From an uncultured Candidatus Saccharibacteria bacterium (GTDB lineage: Bacteria; Patescibacteriota; Saccharimonadia; Saccharimonadales; UBA10212): a DNA stretch of 64,000 nucleotides. Below the pieces are notes generated by a model. That model did no database searches. It saw nothing but the letters and a program-made list of their open reading frames with translations, and was not told the DNA's origin. The first letter of the stretch is position 1; every line of letters starts with the position of its first letter. The translations under genes were made by a program, and so were the position numbers. The stretch covers positions 122,850 to 186,849 of the forward strand of contig CAZAAL010000001.1 in the NCBI GenBank assembly GCA_964483315.1, written 5' to 3'. Shown piece after piece: positions 1 to 14,297 of this stretch.

Positions 1-1596
1 ATTTCCATGCCAACTCAAAGTTTTACCATATCTTGGCCCAAAGAACCACCAAAATGCCCGACTTATGACGAGGTCTGTAGGTAGTGGAAAATCAAAGACC
101 CATTCGTAATCAAATATTATTAGATTTTCCTTATCGTCTAATATTATATTGTCGAAGTTTAAATCTATGTTCCCAGGATTAATGTAATTTTTATGATTGG
201 AGGGGTAGTCTTTACCAAATAATAATTTAAAGTCTGCTATGTTTTTGGGGGTTGGTTCTTTGCTATCAGACAATTTGTACATTAGCTTTATATATTTATC
301 AATCAAACCAAATGCTACACCTTCCTCGTTATCAATAATTGATTCGAAGATTAGTCTTTCTAGATCCTTGCCATAAATAAATGGAAAAGATATCGAGTAG
401 TAGCTTGAATGATTTTTTATATTTATAGGTAGCACAAACTTACCTGTATCAAAGTCATGATTGGTAGTCATTTGTTTTGAAAATTCATGTATTCCCTGCA
501 AATGCTTTTTTGAGTATTGAGATGAGTATTTTTCTGCATATAACTTACCTTCTTTTTCAATTATCTTTGTGGTTAGATTATACTTATCTTTTCTGCTTGA
601 GGAAAAAACTGAAAATAAAGGTTGTATTTTAGTATTAGTTTCTTGATAAGTTTCTACAATAAAGGAATTACTAAATTCTCGGAACAAGTTATTTTTTTCA
701 ACTGATAGCATAGCCAACGCCTCTGAAAATAATTCAATTCTATCCCTATCAAAAGTAGGAGTGGGCAACTGACTTAGCGGAAATTCACACACGCCGTCTC
801 CAGGATAGAATCTATCACTATAAATCAGCCTCGGAAACTTATAATCAGGAAATGGGTAGAAAAAATTACTATTCTTGAAACCAGCGTCAAGTAATAGTCT
901 AGTTAGCTCTAATTTGCCAAACGTCTCTATACCTTTACTGTTGGGGTATTTGTTAATTCCGTCAAACAAGCCATTATTATCGTGATCCTCTTTTGCACCG
1001 GTCCAATATTTTAAACCAATCCTATTCTCGATAGCCAATATCAACCTACCATTTGGTGTAAGTAAAGTCCTGAGTAAGCTTAAAAATTTTATGTATGGCA
1101 TGTTCCCTTCAATATAGGTACCAGAATATTCCAAGACACCAACGCATACAATGTAGTCATATACTTCAGTTGTTTGCTTTGCAAAATCTTGTAAATTGCC
1201 TATTACCACTTTAAGATTTTTAGATTTTTTGTTGCGGTGAGCATTTATAAGACATCTTTTTTCCGTGAGCTCTAATGCGGTAACATTAACTTTTTTACTA
1301 ACCAATGACTCTGTTATTGCTCCACATCCTGCGCCAATCTCTAAGACTTTTGATCCAGCCTTAAACTCATACCAGTTAATAACATTTCCTCTATGTTCTG
1401 ATAGATGATAGAAATATGGCCACGATGATTTTAGTAGAGATTCTCTTTTTTCTACACCTAGGTTATTTTTAAATAAATCTAGCAACACATCTTCCGCTTC
1501 ACCATCTGAGTAGTTCACCTTACTGATATTGTAATTATCCGAGCAAGTAAAAATTGGTACATTTCCGATTTTCTTAAACTTTTTTATTGATTCCAT
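1..1596 (-). CDS. class I SAM-dependent methyltransferase, partial (C-terminus beyond window start)
   Basis: Not in the ORF track because it runs off the left edge. Manual minus-strand translation from ATG at 1594-1596 gives MESIKKFKKIGNV... with the SAM-binding motif VLEIGAGCGAITESL. No stop codon before position 1. Overlaps the upstream GT2 stop by 13 nt. Confidence 0.7.
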   Translation of the reverse strand, partial: MESIKKFKKIGNVPIFTCSDNYNISKVNYSDGEAEDVLLDLFKNNLGVEKRESLLKSSWPYFYHLSEHRGNVINWYEFKAGSKVLEIGAGCGAITESLVSKKVNVTALELTEKRCLINAHRNKKSKNLKVVIGNLQDFAKQTTEVYDYIVCVGVLEYSGTYIEGNMPYIKFLSLLRTLLTPNGRLILAIENRIGLKYWTGAKEDHDNNGLFDGINKYPNSKGIETFGKLELTRLLLDAGFKNSNFFYPFPDYKFPRLIYSDRFYPGDGVCEFPLSQLPTPTFDRDRIELFSEALAMLSVEKNNLFREFSNSFIVETYQETNTKIQPLFSVFSSSRKDKYNLTTKIIEKEGKLYAEKYSSQYSKKHLQGIHEFSKQMTTNHDFDTGKFVLPINIKNHSSYYSISFPFIYGKDLERLIFESIIDNEEGVAFGLIDKYIKLMYKLSDSKEPTPKNIADFKLLFGKDYPSNHKNYINPGNIDLNFDNIILDDKENLIIFDYEWVFDFPLPTDLVISRAFWWFFGPRYGKTLSWHGN

Positions 1597-3416
1597 CTAT
1601 TTCCTTTCTTCATTGTGTTCGCGGAGTATATATATTTTCTTGTTTCATGAAGAGCATTTCTTGGGTCGGAAGGTTTTTTAACAAAATGCTTTGTAGCAAT
1701 ACCCAAAGACCTTGGATATTTTATGGCATAATAAGGACTTTTTACTACCGTTTTTACTTTTCTAAATTTATTATTTTTTTCAACATTATTAAAGTATTCA
1801 TTATGAAGTTGGCGCATCGTAAGTTTTAGCTCGTCATGTGATTTTTGGAAAAGTAGATTACGATTAGACCCATCATTATGTTGCCTGTACTTAAATATAG
1901 GTTGTTTATAGTGACCAAATCTAGCCCCAATCTCTGCCAGGGATATATACAGCTCCCAATCTTCAAGCCCCAGACTCATTGCGTCTTTGTAGCCTCCAAC
2001 TTGCTTTACTAAAGTAGTACACATTAGTGCACTATTGTGTATAAAATTACTCTTCACTAATTCATTATCAGTAAAGTCTTTAGAGTAGAACGTTTCGTTA
2101 ATTGAACCAAATAGTAACATATCAGTATAAACAACTTCATAGGACCCTCTGTTTGCAAACCTGACGAGCTTCTCTAAATATCTATAGTCTAATACATCGT
2201 CAGCATCAAGAAAAACCAGCCAATAGGTTGAAACTAAACTTAAACCTATATTTTTTGTTGATATAACTCCTTTATTTTCCTGGTTAACTATAGTTAATAA
2301 AGGGTTATCCTTATATTTCTTAATGACGTTCTTGGTATCATCTTTGGATCCGTCGTTAATCACAATTATATTTAATGGAGTAAGCGTTTGGTTTAATGCC
2401 GATTCTATAGACTCAGTTATGTAATTGCCGTAATTATATGCTGGTATCACGACTGTAACATCTATATTTTTGTGCCTAGAAAGATGTTTGACATAACTTT
2501 TGCCACTGCTTTGAACAGCTTCGCGCTTAGATGATATCAAGCTCGTGTTTTTTTTAACCCATTTAAATGCATCAATTCTGGCTTTTGAGTCAAGGCTTTT
2601 GTTCTTAATGTTTTTTACGACTGCCTTACCGTATTGTTTTTTATAATTTTTCTTAAAAATCTTATAGTATTTGTCATCTAGATTTTTAGCTGCGAAGAGA
2701 TATCTGTTTCTGTGCATTTGATATAAGTAAAAGTAGCTTTCTTGACCACCGCTACTGTGAGCTATTTTGTGCCAAACATAAGCGTTGGGAGTGTAATAAG
2801 CCTTAAACCCGGCTCTAAGCATTCTGGCTATTAAATCGGTTTCTTCATAATATGCGAAGAAATCATCGTCAAAATATCCAACTTTTTCTATAGCTTTTCT
2901 TTTGATAAGCAAGGCGGCTCCTGAAATACTATCAACTTCTTGTGGCACAGCACCACTTAGCATAGTTTTTGCGTAGCCAGTATTTGGGTCAATAACTTGA
3001 TATGAATAGAATTGATTGTTTTTAGAATAAACAGGGTTATCCTTATCCCACCAAAGTGATTTCCCGCCGACAACTGCAATATTATTGTTAGATATAGCCA
3101 AGTTTACAACTTCAATTAACCAATTGGTATCAACGACTAGATCATTATTTAGAATAGCTATAAAATCCCCTGTTGATTTTTTGTATCCTTCTATATGGCC
3201 ACCTGTAAAACCAAAATTTCTATGGAGATTAACAAAAATGATGTCTTTTTGAGAACTTAAGTACTCTTTGGAGCCATCCGTGGAGCCATTATCAACAACT
3301 ATAATTTCAAAATTAGGATAATTTAAATTTCTAATCGACTCAAGGCAATTTTTTGTTTCTTCTAGCCCATTCCAGTTAAGAACAACGATACTTACTTTTG
3401 GAGTTTGTTTTTTCAT
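1584..3416 (-). CDS. two-domain family 2 glycosyltransferase
   Basis: Two GT2 signatures: VSIVVLNWNGLEETKNCLESI...VVDNGSTDGS and VTVVIPAYNYGNYITESIESALNQT...VINDGSKDDT. 610 aa. Confidence 0.85.
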   Translation of the reverse strand: MKKQTPKVSIVVLNWNGLEETKNCLESIRNLNYPNFEIIVVDNGSTDGSKEYLSSQKDIIFVNLHRNFGFTGGHIEGYKKSTGDFIAILNNDLVVDTNWLIEVVNLAISNNNIAVVGGKSLWWDKDNPVYSKNNQFYSYQVIDPNTGYAKTMLSGAVPQEVDSISGAALLIKRKAIEKVGYFDDDFFAYYEETDLIARMLRAGFKAYYTPNAYVWHKIAHSSGGQESYFYLYQMHRNRYLFAAKNLDDKYYKIFKKNYKKQYGKAVVKNIKNKSLDSKARIDAFKWVKKNTSLISSKREAVQSSGKSYVKHLSRHKNIDVTVVIPAYNYGNYITESIESALNQTLTPLNIIVINDGSKDDTKNVIKKYKDNPLLTIVNQENKGVISTKNIGLSLVSTYWLVFLDADDVLDYRYLEKLVRFANRGSYEVVYTDMLLFGSINETFYSKDFTDNELVKSNFIHNSALMCTTLVKQVGGYKDAMSLGLEDWELYISLAEIGARFGHYKQPIFKYRQHNDGSNRNLLFQKSHDELKLTMRQLHNEYFNNVEKNNKFRKVKTVVKSPYYAIKYPRSLGIATKHFVKKPSDPRNALHETRKYIYSANTMKKGNRWNQ

Positions 3417-4723
3417 GTTGAATGAATAATTTTTATAATTTTATTTTTTATTGAAGATACTCTACTATTATTGACTACAGAAATGGTTTGATTATCCGTT
3501 CTCAAGGTATCATTTTTAAAATTTCTATTCTCTCCTGGCTTTACAGAGTCGATAAATTTAACTAGGTCTTCGGTTGTATTATCCCAGGTAAATTTATGTG
3601 CTTCGTTGTGAATATTCTCTCTTATGTTATTTAAAAGGTTAACGTCCATAATTTCTTTTATTGCGTCTGCGAAAGAACGTGATGTACGATCTTTTGTAAC
3701 TATACCCAATTGCCGAGTTTTTATTATTTCTGAGAAAATATCTCCCGGCGGACAAATTGTCGGCAAATCAGTCCATATATGGTCGAGTACCCTTGTTCTA
3801 TGCGAGAATCTTGTTTCGCTTGAGTACTTATCACAATATATAGCTACATCCGCATCAACTAAGTATTCGTCCCTTTTACTGTAGGGTATCCAATCTTCCA
3901 TAAAAAATACTGAACTATTGGTTAGATTAAGTTTATTTGCAATTTTAATTGCTTCTGATGTTGCATTCATTTCGGGGACGTTTTTGTTCGGATGCTTTAT
4001 GCCGAGGAATACTAACTTAACTTTGTTATTGTGTATCTTTGGAATGGCCTCAATAATAGGCACTGCATCAAACCAATCCCAAATGCCTCCCGTCCAAACT
4101 AGTACAAGGTCATCACTTTTAAATCCAAACCTATTCCTTAGTTTACCTTTTTTTACCGGACTTTCTTTGGCAGTGCCCATGGGAACTATACCGAATCTGT
4201 CATATATATCGGACTCAAGTCTTATATTACTTGGTTTTATTATCCCCGAAGATACAGAAAAACCTATCCAAAAGTCCCTCTGTCTTTCATTAGAGCACAC
4301 AAAGTAATTCCCAACTTTTAGGTAGTTTTTATACATCTCAATTATTGCAAAGAATTCCTCGTCTTTGCTGTCAATATTTTTTGTACTAGAAAATTTGAGG
4401 CTCGAAAGGTATTCAATGGGAACTGGTGCGTATAAATCAAAAATAATTATTTTTTTGCCACGAACATACTCTGTCATTTCAGAGCTTAGCCATTGAGCAA
4501 ATATTATGTCACTAGAATCAAACAGCTTTTTATATTCGTCAGTCTTAGGATCTATGTATGAAACTTCGGGTAATCTAGAATTCTTAGGCGTAGGAGCATG
4601 TGTTGCAAGTGTGACGTCAAAATTTCTACCAAGAATTTTTGCTATATAATAATACCTGATTCCTGGGCCTGCCATTTTCTCGCCGATTACATCGTGACAA
4701 AAAACCAAAACTCTTTTATTCAC
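3413..4723 (-). CDS. glycosyltransferase (GT1/GT4-like)
   Basis: 436 aa. Start overlaps the downstream GT2 stop (operon-like). Rossmann-like N-terminus VLVFCHDVIGEKMAGPGIRYYY. Sits inside the polysaccharide locus. Confidence 0.55.
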   Translation of the reverse strand: MNKRVLVFCHDVIGEKMAGPGIRYYYIAKILGRNFDVTLATHAPTPKNSRLPEVSYIDPKTDEYKKLFDSSDIIFAQWLSSEMTEYVRGKKIIIFDLYAPVPIEYLSSLKFSSTKNIDSKDEEFFAIIEMYKNYLKVGNYFVCSNERQRDFWIGFSVSSGIIKPSNIRLESDIYDRFGIVPMGTAKESPVKKGKLRNRFGFKSDDLVLVWTGGIWDWFDAVPIIEAIPKIHNNKVKLVFLGIKHPNKNVPEMNATSEAIKIANKLNLTNSSVFFMEDWIPYSKRDEYLVDADVAIYCDKYSSETRFSHRTRVLDHIWTDLPTICPPGDIFSEIIKTRQLGIVTKDRTSRSFADAIKEIMDVNLLNNIRENIHNEAHKFTWDNTTEDLVKFIDSVKPGENRNFKNDTLRTDNQTISVVNNSRVSSIKNKIIKIIHST

Positions 4724-4745
4724 CAGTACTATTATAGACTATAAA

Positions 4746-6827
4746 TTATAGATTCACCTTAGAAGGAAAGGCTAAACCTATGCTAGGCATAATTAAAGTG
4801 CCATCAATCCCAAAAGTGAAGTACTCCAGGTATGCACCGGTTATTGATGGTGCTCTCCAGTCCATATCAAAAGTTCCGACCTGACCAGGAGGAACAATGG
4901 CTTCTTTCATGCGAACCTGGTTTTTTGTCCCAAGCCAACTGTAGGTTAGCGGAGAAAAAGGGCTATCTTTATATACTGGGTTTGCTACTAGTAGCCTGGT
5001 ATCACCTAATTCAATTTTCCCCCCTGAAACATCTAAAATTTTATGATCAAAATTCCGCCAAATCATATTGCCAGTATTCCTAATTTTAACTTGTCCAGTT
5101 GCAAGCTGATTTGGTTTCATGTTTAAAGGCGGGTTTATTGCGCCCACAAATGAATAAGTTGCAACTGGACTAGGGGTCGATAGTTTTAACTGTATTAAAG
5201 GACCATGCACAAATTTTACTCCATCAAGCACCAAAGAGAAATCATGCACATAGTTACTAGTTGCCTTATATGGAGCAGTAAATACTGCCTGGAAAGTGCC
5301 AATTTGTCCTGGTGCAACAGAGCTCTCAAGCAATCTTATCTGGTTTTTTGTCCCAAGCCATGAGGGATCAGTTCTCGGTTGGGCGTAGGGTGAGTTTTTA
5401 TAGTAAGGAGTTGCTATTCTAACCGGTCTTCTATTAATAGGTAAGGCTGAATCAGAGTACCAAGTTTCTGATCCAGTATTTTTAAGACGGATTTTTATTA
5501 AATACATATCACCTGGTAGTATTCCGACTGGATGATCAGTGGAAATTACAGTATACGCTAAATCAGGGACTGAATTAACTCTAAATTGCAGGCCTAGGTC
5601 ACTATAGACTTGTACTCCGTCTTGTACTAAGACCATGTTTAGTATTTCATTATTTATGCTATATTGAGGTGCTTTTAGTCTAAATTTAAATGTTGCCACC
5701 TCGCCAGGATTAACTTTTTGCTCCAGTAGCCTTATTTGATTTTTTGTTCCAAGCCATGAGGGATCAGAAGTATCTGCGAACGCAGTATTTTGGTAGCCTT
5801 TCATCATTATTCTAAATGGTCGGATTCCATTTGGTAGATTAACATCAGAATACCAAACCATCGATGACCCATTTCTAACCTTAAGCTCAACCTCTGCTAT
5901 GCTTCCATAAGACATGTTTTGTGGCGGATTAACCGCAGATATGAAGCTGTAAAATGGTCCAGTTGTGCTTCCAAACCACTGCTCAAAATTATTAACAAAA
6001 CTAATCCCGCCATTTAAAAACGGAGTATATCTGTAAAGTGCAACAGTAGCTCCATTATCCATGTGGATCGTAGTGCCATTAACGTTTGCATAACCATCGA
6101 AATAGGTTGGAGTTGATTGAGTGTATATTCGTTTGTGCCAACCTTGAGTCATATTTCCGCTGTAATTGGTAGGTGGATCATCTGAGTTATCCCATCCAGG
6201 TTTTTGTACGTTCCAGTTTACATTTCCTTCCGATCTTTCTTGGCTAAATTTGAGCATCCAAGTTGCCTTTATAACCTGCTTACTAAACCCTAGTGAATCG
6301 GTGTCACAATAGTATGGGCAATCATACCCCAATGCAATATAAACACATCCACCTGCATATTGACATGCCGTTACGCAACTAGCATTTGGATTACCATAAA
6401 GTGGTTGAGGGCAGGGAGTTAAAGTGGGGGGTGTACCGTAATAACAACCAGCTCCACCTGTGATTAAGCTTTGCTCTTTTTGTAGTGTTGCTAGGATTAC
6501 CTGAGGATTTAGTCCATAAACCTGTGAAGCACTGGCAATAACCTGACCGGCTGTTACATTAGAGCCAAATAAATATCCTTGACTTGGATTATAGCCAATC
6601 GGGTTGGGCGACGTAAACCCCTTGTTTGGACTGATACAGCTGTTAGGAAACTGATTTAAAAACGCATCAATCTGACCTGCAGACATAGATCCAGAGTTAT
6701 TAAATACAGCAGTGTCAATTAGTTTGTTCTGGTTATATGTAGCATCCACGCTTTGTACTGGCAATAATAAAATTAACCCTAAAGTTAGGGTTGATAAAAT
6801 ATATATTTTTTTTAAAACCTTGTTCAT
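4746..6827 (-). CDS. secreted Cys-rich protein with three ~100-aa repeats (DPSWLGTKNQIRLLE motif)
   Basis: N-terminal signal peptide (MNKVLKKIYILSTLTLGLILLLPVQSVDA). Three internal repeats, each ending ...DPSWLGTKNQIRLLE / YSWLGTKNQVRMKE. Function unknown. Confidence 0.6.
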   Translation of the reverse strand: MNKVLKKIYILSTLTLGLILLLPVQSVDATYNQNKLIDTAVFNNSGSMSAGQIDAFLNQFPNSCISPNKGFTSPNPIGYNPSQGYLFGSNVTAGQVIASASQVYGLNPQVILATLQKEQSLITGGAGCYYGTPPTLTPCPQPLYGNPNASCVTACQYAGGCVYIALGYDCPYYCDTDSLGFSKQVIKATWMLKFSQERSEGNVNWNVQKPGWDNSDDPPTNYSGNMTQGWHKRIYTQSTPTYFDGYANVNGTTIHMDNGATVALYRYTPFLNGGISFVNNFEQWFGSTTGPFYSFISAVNPPQNMSYGSIAEVELKVRNGSSMVWYSDVNLPNGIRPFRIMMKGYQNTAFADTSDPSWLGTKNQIRLLEQKVNPGEVATFKFRLKAPQYSINNEILNMVLVQDGVQVYSDLGLQFRVNSVPDLAYTVISTDHPVGILPGDMYLIKIRLKNTGSETWYSDSALPINRRPVRIATPYYKNSPYAQPRTDPSWLGTKNQIRLLESSVAPGQIGTFQAVFTAPYKATSNYVHDFSLVLDGVKFVHGPLIQLKLSTPSPVATYSFVGAINPPLNMKPNQLATGQVKIRNTGNMIWRNFDHKILDVSGGKIELGDTRLLVANPVYKDSPFSPLTYSWLGTKNQVRMKEAIVPPGQVGTFDMDWRAPSITGAYLEYFTFGIDGTLIMPSIGLAFPSKVNL

Positions 6828-7378
6828 TCAGTAACCTCAAGATTTATCGTATCTTTTGTTGACAAAGTCTTTCCACCCGACGAAGCAGTTGCTGTTATTT
6901 CCCAGGTTCCAACGGATAGCCCAGCATCAACTATATCCCAATCCCATGTGGTTGAGCCATCTGAGCCTACTGTTTGTTCAGCTAAGCTTTTGGTCTGGCC
7001 ATTTTTTTTAAAAGTAATTGAGCACTTAGCACCTGGCGTAGTACTACACACTGATTGCATTTTGCTTAGGCTACTAAGGTTGGGACGATGATTGCTAACA
7101 AAACTACCATAAGGCGAAATTACGTCAACATTTGATTGTGTTGGGGCAGTCTGCTTTTTTTGGTTGCTTTGTGGTTCAGAATTTTTACTATTTGCAGGAG
7201 ATACATCTTTGGCTGGATTATTTTTAGTTTGACTATTCGAGGAAGAAGGAATAACTTCAACTACGCTGTTGTTTTTGCTCTGATAATAGAAAAACGCTAA
7301 GCCAATGAATGCGAAGCAAAGCAAAACCATAAAAACAATTTTACTTTCTTGACTAGTTTTTCTTAATTTTGCTTTCAT
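6824..7378 (-). CDS. membrane-anchored low-complexity (S/T/Q/N-rich) protein
   Basis: TM segment IVFMVLLCFAFIGLAFFYY, followed by a polar low-complexity linker and a small C-terminal domain. Stop overlaps the next gene's start. Confidence 0.5.
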   Translation of the reverse strand: MKAKLRKTSQESKIVFMVLLCFAFIGLAFFYYQSKNNSVVEVIPSSSNSQTKNNPAKDVSPANSKNSEPQSNQKKQTAPTQSNVDVISPYGSFVSNHRPNLSSLSKMQSVCSTTPGAKCSITFKKNGQTKSLAEQTVGSDGSTTWDWDIVDAGLSVGTWEITATASSGGKTLSTKDTINLEVTE

Positions 7379-7429
7379 TTTTGATTTTTTAGTTTATGCA
7401 TATATATTAACATAAAAAGCACAGTTGGG

Positions 7430-8287
7430 TCAGCTTATTGATAATAAATACTGGCCGTAGCCGGATTTTTTTAATGGTTCGGCTAATGCCTGGAGCTGAT
7501 TACGATCAATAAATCCTTCTTTGAAGGCAGTTTCTTCTGGACAGCCAATTTTTCGACCAGTTCGCTTTTCAATAACTTGCACAAACTCGGAAGCATCCAT
7601 CATCGATTCAAATGTTCCCGTATCTAACCAAGCATCGCCTCTATCCATTAACTCAACACGAAGTTTATTTTGCTTAAGGTATTCTTCGTTCACAGTTGTA
7701 ATTTCAAGCTCGCCTCTATCGCTTGGCTTGATTGATTTCGCAATTCTTACAACATCATTGTCGTAGAAGTATAGTCCCACTACGGCAAAATTAGACTTTG
7801 GATTAGCTGGTTTTTCTTCAATCGATGTTGCTCGCATGGCATCATCAAAGGACACTACACCATAACGTTCGGGGTCTGATACTGGATAGGCAAATACGAC
7901 GCCACCTTTAGGGTCTGTATGGTTTTTTAGATTTGCCCCAAAATCTGGACCATAAAATATATTGTCACCTAGAATTAATGCTACCTTATCACCACCGATA
8001 AACTCCTCGCCAATTATAAAAGCTTGTGCAAGTCCGTCTGGTGATGGCTGTACCTCATAATTAAGGTTAATTCCCCATTGAGACCCATCGCCTAACAATC
8101 TTACAAATTGCTCATGATCATCAGGTGTAGTAATAATCAATATGTCTTTTATGCCAGCAAGCATTAATGTGCTAACCGGGTAATAAACCATTGGCTTGTC
8201 ATAAATCGGTACTAATTGTTTACTTATGCCTTTTGTTATTGGGTAGAGTCTTGTGCCTGACCCACCTGCTAGAATAATTCCTTTCAT
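7430..8287 (-). CDS. rfbA: glucose-1-phosphate thymidylyltransferase
   Basis: [46 protein letters not shown]: the classic RmlA N-terminus. Confidence 0.95.
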   Translation of the reverse strand: MKGIILAGGSGTRLYPITKGISKQLVPIYDKPMVYYPVSTLMLAGIKDILIITTPDDHEQFVRLLGDGSQWGINLNYEVQPSPDGLAQAFIIGEEFIGGDKVALILGDNIFYGPDFGANLKNHTDPKGGVVFAYPVSDPERYGVVSFDDAMRATSIEEKPANPKSNFAVVGLYFYDNDVVRIAKSIKPSDRGELEITTVNEEYLKQNKLRVELMDRGDAWLDTGTFESMMDASEFVQVIEKRTGRKIGCPEETAFKEGFIDRNQLQALAEPLKKSGYGQYLLSIS

Positions 8288-8832
8288 TTATTTCCCCTTG
8301 TTTTTCTTAATTCTGAAAAAAATGGATGGTTGTGATCTTTCTGTGATATAACTGCTTCATCTAGGGGTATAGGCCAATCAATTTTCACCTCAGGGTCAGC
8401 AATATTTAGCATTGTGTAGGTTGCTTCACTCGACCAATGCGAGTCAGTTAGATATGAATATCTAGTATCAGGCTCTAATGTTTGATACGAATTCCCAACA
8501 CCTTTTGGCACAAAAACTACTCTACCTTCGTCGAGGATTGCTGTGTGGATGTTTCCTAGATTGCTACCTTCTCGAAGATCTACCCAAGCACCATATGCGC
8601 TTCCTTTTGCCATTGTAACTAACTTATTCCAGGGTTCAGCATGAATTCCGCGAGTCACTCCAATCTCTAAATTGGCTGAAATATTTTGCTGGACGATTTT
8701 AATTACTTGGGCACCTAAGGTAGTTAATTTTTCCTGATTGTATACTTCACGAAAACTCCCACGTTCATCTTCAAACACATCCAACTCGACTTCATATAAA
8801 CCCGGTATTTCCTTACTATTTGTTATCTTCAT
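8284..8832 (-). CDS. rfbC: dTDP-4-dehydrorhamnose 3,5-epimerase
   Basis: [21 protein letters not shown] is an RmlC cupin motif. 182 aa. Overlaps the rfbA start. Confidence 0.9.
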   Translation of the reverse strand: MKITNSKEIPGLYEVELDVFEDERGSFREVYNQEKLTTLGAQVIKIVQQNISANLEIGVTRGIHAEPWNKLVTMAKGSAYGAWVDLREGSNLGNIHTAILDEGRVVFVPKGVGNSYQTLEPDTRYSYLTDSHWSSEATYTMLNIADPEVKIDWPIPLDEAVISQKDHNHPFFSELRKTRGNK

Positions 8833-8835
8833 AAT

Positions 8836-11692
<2,857 letters not shown>

Positions 11693-11696
<4 letters not shown>

Positions 11697-12805
11697 ATAA
11701 CCTTTTTGTTAGTAATTTCAGATATGACACAAAGTAAGTTTTTTTTGAAATGACTTGCTGAAAATGTGCTGGTGTACTCACGTATTAATTTACGGTCCCA
11801 GTGGATACTTTCGGTTTTTATGATTGCTTCATTAATTGAAGCTATTGATTGCTCGTTAAAGAGAATCCCCGTTTGTCCGTCAATGACTGTTTCAAGTGCC
11901 CCACCAGATCCATAACAAATAGCGGGCGTACCAGCAGACATGCACTCAACCCAAGATATACCAAAATCCTCTTCGTTTGCAAAAATACAGGCTTTTGCCT
12001 GATTAACTAATTTAGCTAGTTCGCTTTCGCTGACGTATCCTAAAAATTCTATATTTTTATTTGCAATCGATCTTAGGCTATTGTGCTCTGGACCAGTACC
12101 AGCAACCTTAAGTATTAAGCCATTATTGTTAAAAGCCTCAATAATCAAATCGATTTTTTTAAACACTGTATGACGGCCATATGCTAAGTAAAAGTCTAAC
12201 TTGTTTGATTCTGCTAATTTAAACTTTTCTGTATTAACGGGCGGGTATAGAACAGTGCTTTCGCGTTTGTAGTACTGTTTTATTTGTGATTGTATATTCT
12301 TTGAATTAGCCAGTAGAAAATCAGGATTTTGGGCTGACTGATAATCTAGTTTTTTTAAGAGCGGGTTGAGAATTTTTAAAAATATTCTGGCAAGTGGATC
12401 TAAAAAACCAAAACCAGGATTTTTGATGTATTCGTTAAAATAGCGCCAATAATAATGTGGGGGAGTATGTATATATGCAACGTGCATGGCACCTAGTGTA
12501 CGTACGGCTTTATTTTCGGAGCTTGAACTTGTAATTACTAAATCAAAGCCTGAAAGTTTGGTAAATCGCCAAATTAAATATCTTATCGGCGGAAAAAATT
12601 CGTGTTTATATCTAAGTATTGGAATGTGTTGCAGCCAAGAGGTAATAACGATTCTATCTTTTAGTTCGGGAAATTTATTTTTATCATAAACAAGACAGTA
12701 AATTGGTGCTTCAGGGAAGATTTTTGCTAGTTCAAAAAGAACGTTTTCTGACCCACCCCTGACAGTTAGCCAGTTATGAACTAATGCTACTTTTTTTGGT
12801 TTCAA
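11693..12805 (-). CDS. glycosyltransferase family 4
   Basis: 370 aa. GT4-type C-terminal domain (E..E motif region ANEEDFGISWVECMSAGTPAI). Confidence 0.7.
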
Positions 12806-12808
12806 GAC

Positions 12809-14245
12809 CTAATATCCTTTGCCGGTGAACATCACAATTATTGTTCGATAAATTATTTTTAAGTCCATCCAAAAACTCCAATGCTGGACATAAAATAAAT
12901 CAAGACTAACCCTTTCTTCAAATGTCGTGTCGTTGCGACCTGATACCTGCCATAAACCTGTTATGCCAGGCTTTACGCTTAAGAATATAGAGCTAGCTGA
13001 TTTGTATTTTTCTAATTCAACTTTAGTAACCGGCCTTGGGCCGATTAAACTTAATTCGCCTTTTAGTACATTCCAGAGTTGGGGCAGTTCATCTAAACTT
13101 GTTTTGCGTATAAATCGTCCAACAGGCATTATGCGGGGGTCATTCTTGACCTTTCTTGTTTCAGCCCATTCTTTAAGCAAGTCCTCACGACCCATTTCTT
13201 TAAAAATTTGTTCCTCACTTTTTTTACCAACTTGGGAATACTTCCAATACATGCTTCTTAATTTGTAGGCTTCGAACATTGTCCCAAATCTACTTACGCG
13301 TTTGTGTTTGTAAAAAACTGGTCCTTTTGGATCTGTTAACTTGATTATTGCGCCTAATATTAAAAAGATCGGAACACTTATTATAAGTCCCAATATTGCC
13401 CCAAATATGTCGAACATACGTTTTGCTACGCGCCCCCAGCCCACTAATGCAGTTTGATGTACGGCAATCACAGGAAAATTATGGAAAAGATCTATCTCGT
13501 TGTTACCAGTGTAAAGATTTACATTTGTGGGTATAAACTTATATGAGATGTGATTATCGCGAGCTGAATCAATAATTTGCTGGTTAGTATTTTCGTCGTA
13601 TAGTTCAGTTTGAATAATTGTGTGCACATTTTTTAAAGCGCTCAGAGCAGTAGGTAACGAGCTAAAATTGGTTATATTTAGTCGTCTTGGTAGGGTAGAT
13701 TTTTTGCCATAATGCCCCACAATCGAGTAGCCTGTGTTGGCAGTATCAAACAATAAATGAGCCAGTTCTGCTGTTGCTGGTGTGCTTCCAATTAGCATTA
13801 CATTATTTATTCCATAGCCATATGAGAATAAAAGCCTTCGGATACCTCTTAAAAGACTTCTGATTAAGACAACCGACAAAAAGCTGATTACTAGGGCGTA
13901 AACTGGAACGAGACGAGCAGGGAAAATTGGCTCATCATATATAAAATCGAAGGCAATGATTCCCAACATACCGATAACCGTTCCCGAAAAAATCCTGCCA
14001 ACTTCTTGAAAACGCCGCTCATAGATATCTTTTTTGTATAATCCTAAAAGAGCGAACACAACTAAATAAAATGGTATAAGCATGGCAAAAATTGTGATGT
14101 ATGTTTCGCCCGGGACTTGGTCGGCTAGCGGTCGGTCATCTAATCTGACTCGTATTAAATAGGCAGCAGCAAAAGCTGCAAGCAATGCAATAAAATCACC
14201 CACCACCAACAAAAAACCGTAAACTAGGGATGCGTTATTTCTCAT
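12809..14245 (-). CDS. undecaprenyl-phosphate sugar phosphotransferase (WbaP/EpsB-like priming transferase)
   Basis: Multi-TM N-terminus plus a Bac_transf C-terminal domain: KRMFDIFGAILGLII...DELPQLWNVLKGELSLIGPRP. Confidence 0.85.
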   Translation of the reverse strand: MRNNASLVYGFLLVVGDFIALLAAFAAAYLIRVRLDDRPLADQVPGETYITIFAMLIPFYLVVFALLGLYKKDIYERRFQEVGRIFSGTVIGMLGIIAFDFIYDEPIFPARLVPVYALVISFLSVVLIRSLLRGIRRLLFSYGYGINNVMLIGSTPATAELAHLLFDTANTGYSIVGHYGKKSTLPRRLNITNFSSLPTALSALKNVHTIIQTELYDENTNQQIIDSARDNHISYKFIPTNVNLYTGNNEIDLFHNFPVIAVHQTALVGWGRVAKRMFDIFGAILGLIISVPIFLILGAIIKLTDPKGPVFYKHKRVSRFGTMFEAYKLRSMYWKYSQVGKKSEEQIFKEMGREDLLKEWAETRKVKNDPRIMPVGRFIRKTSLDELPQLWNVLKGELSLIGPRPVTKVELEKYKSASSIFLSVKPGITGLWQVSGRNDTTFEERVSLDLFYVQHWSFWMDLKIIYRTIIVMFTGKGY

Positions 14246-14297
14246 TTATTATCTAATCATTATACATCTGTTTATAGACTGTTAAAATAAGTACAAG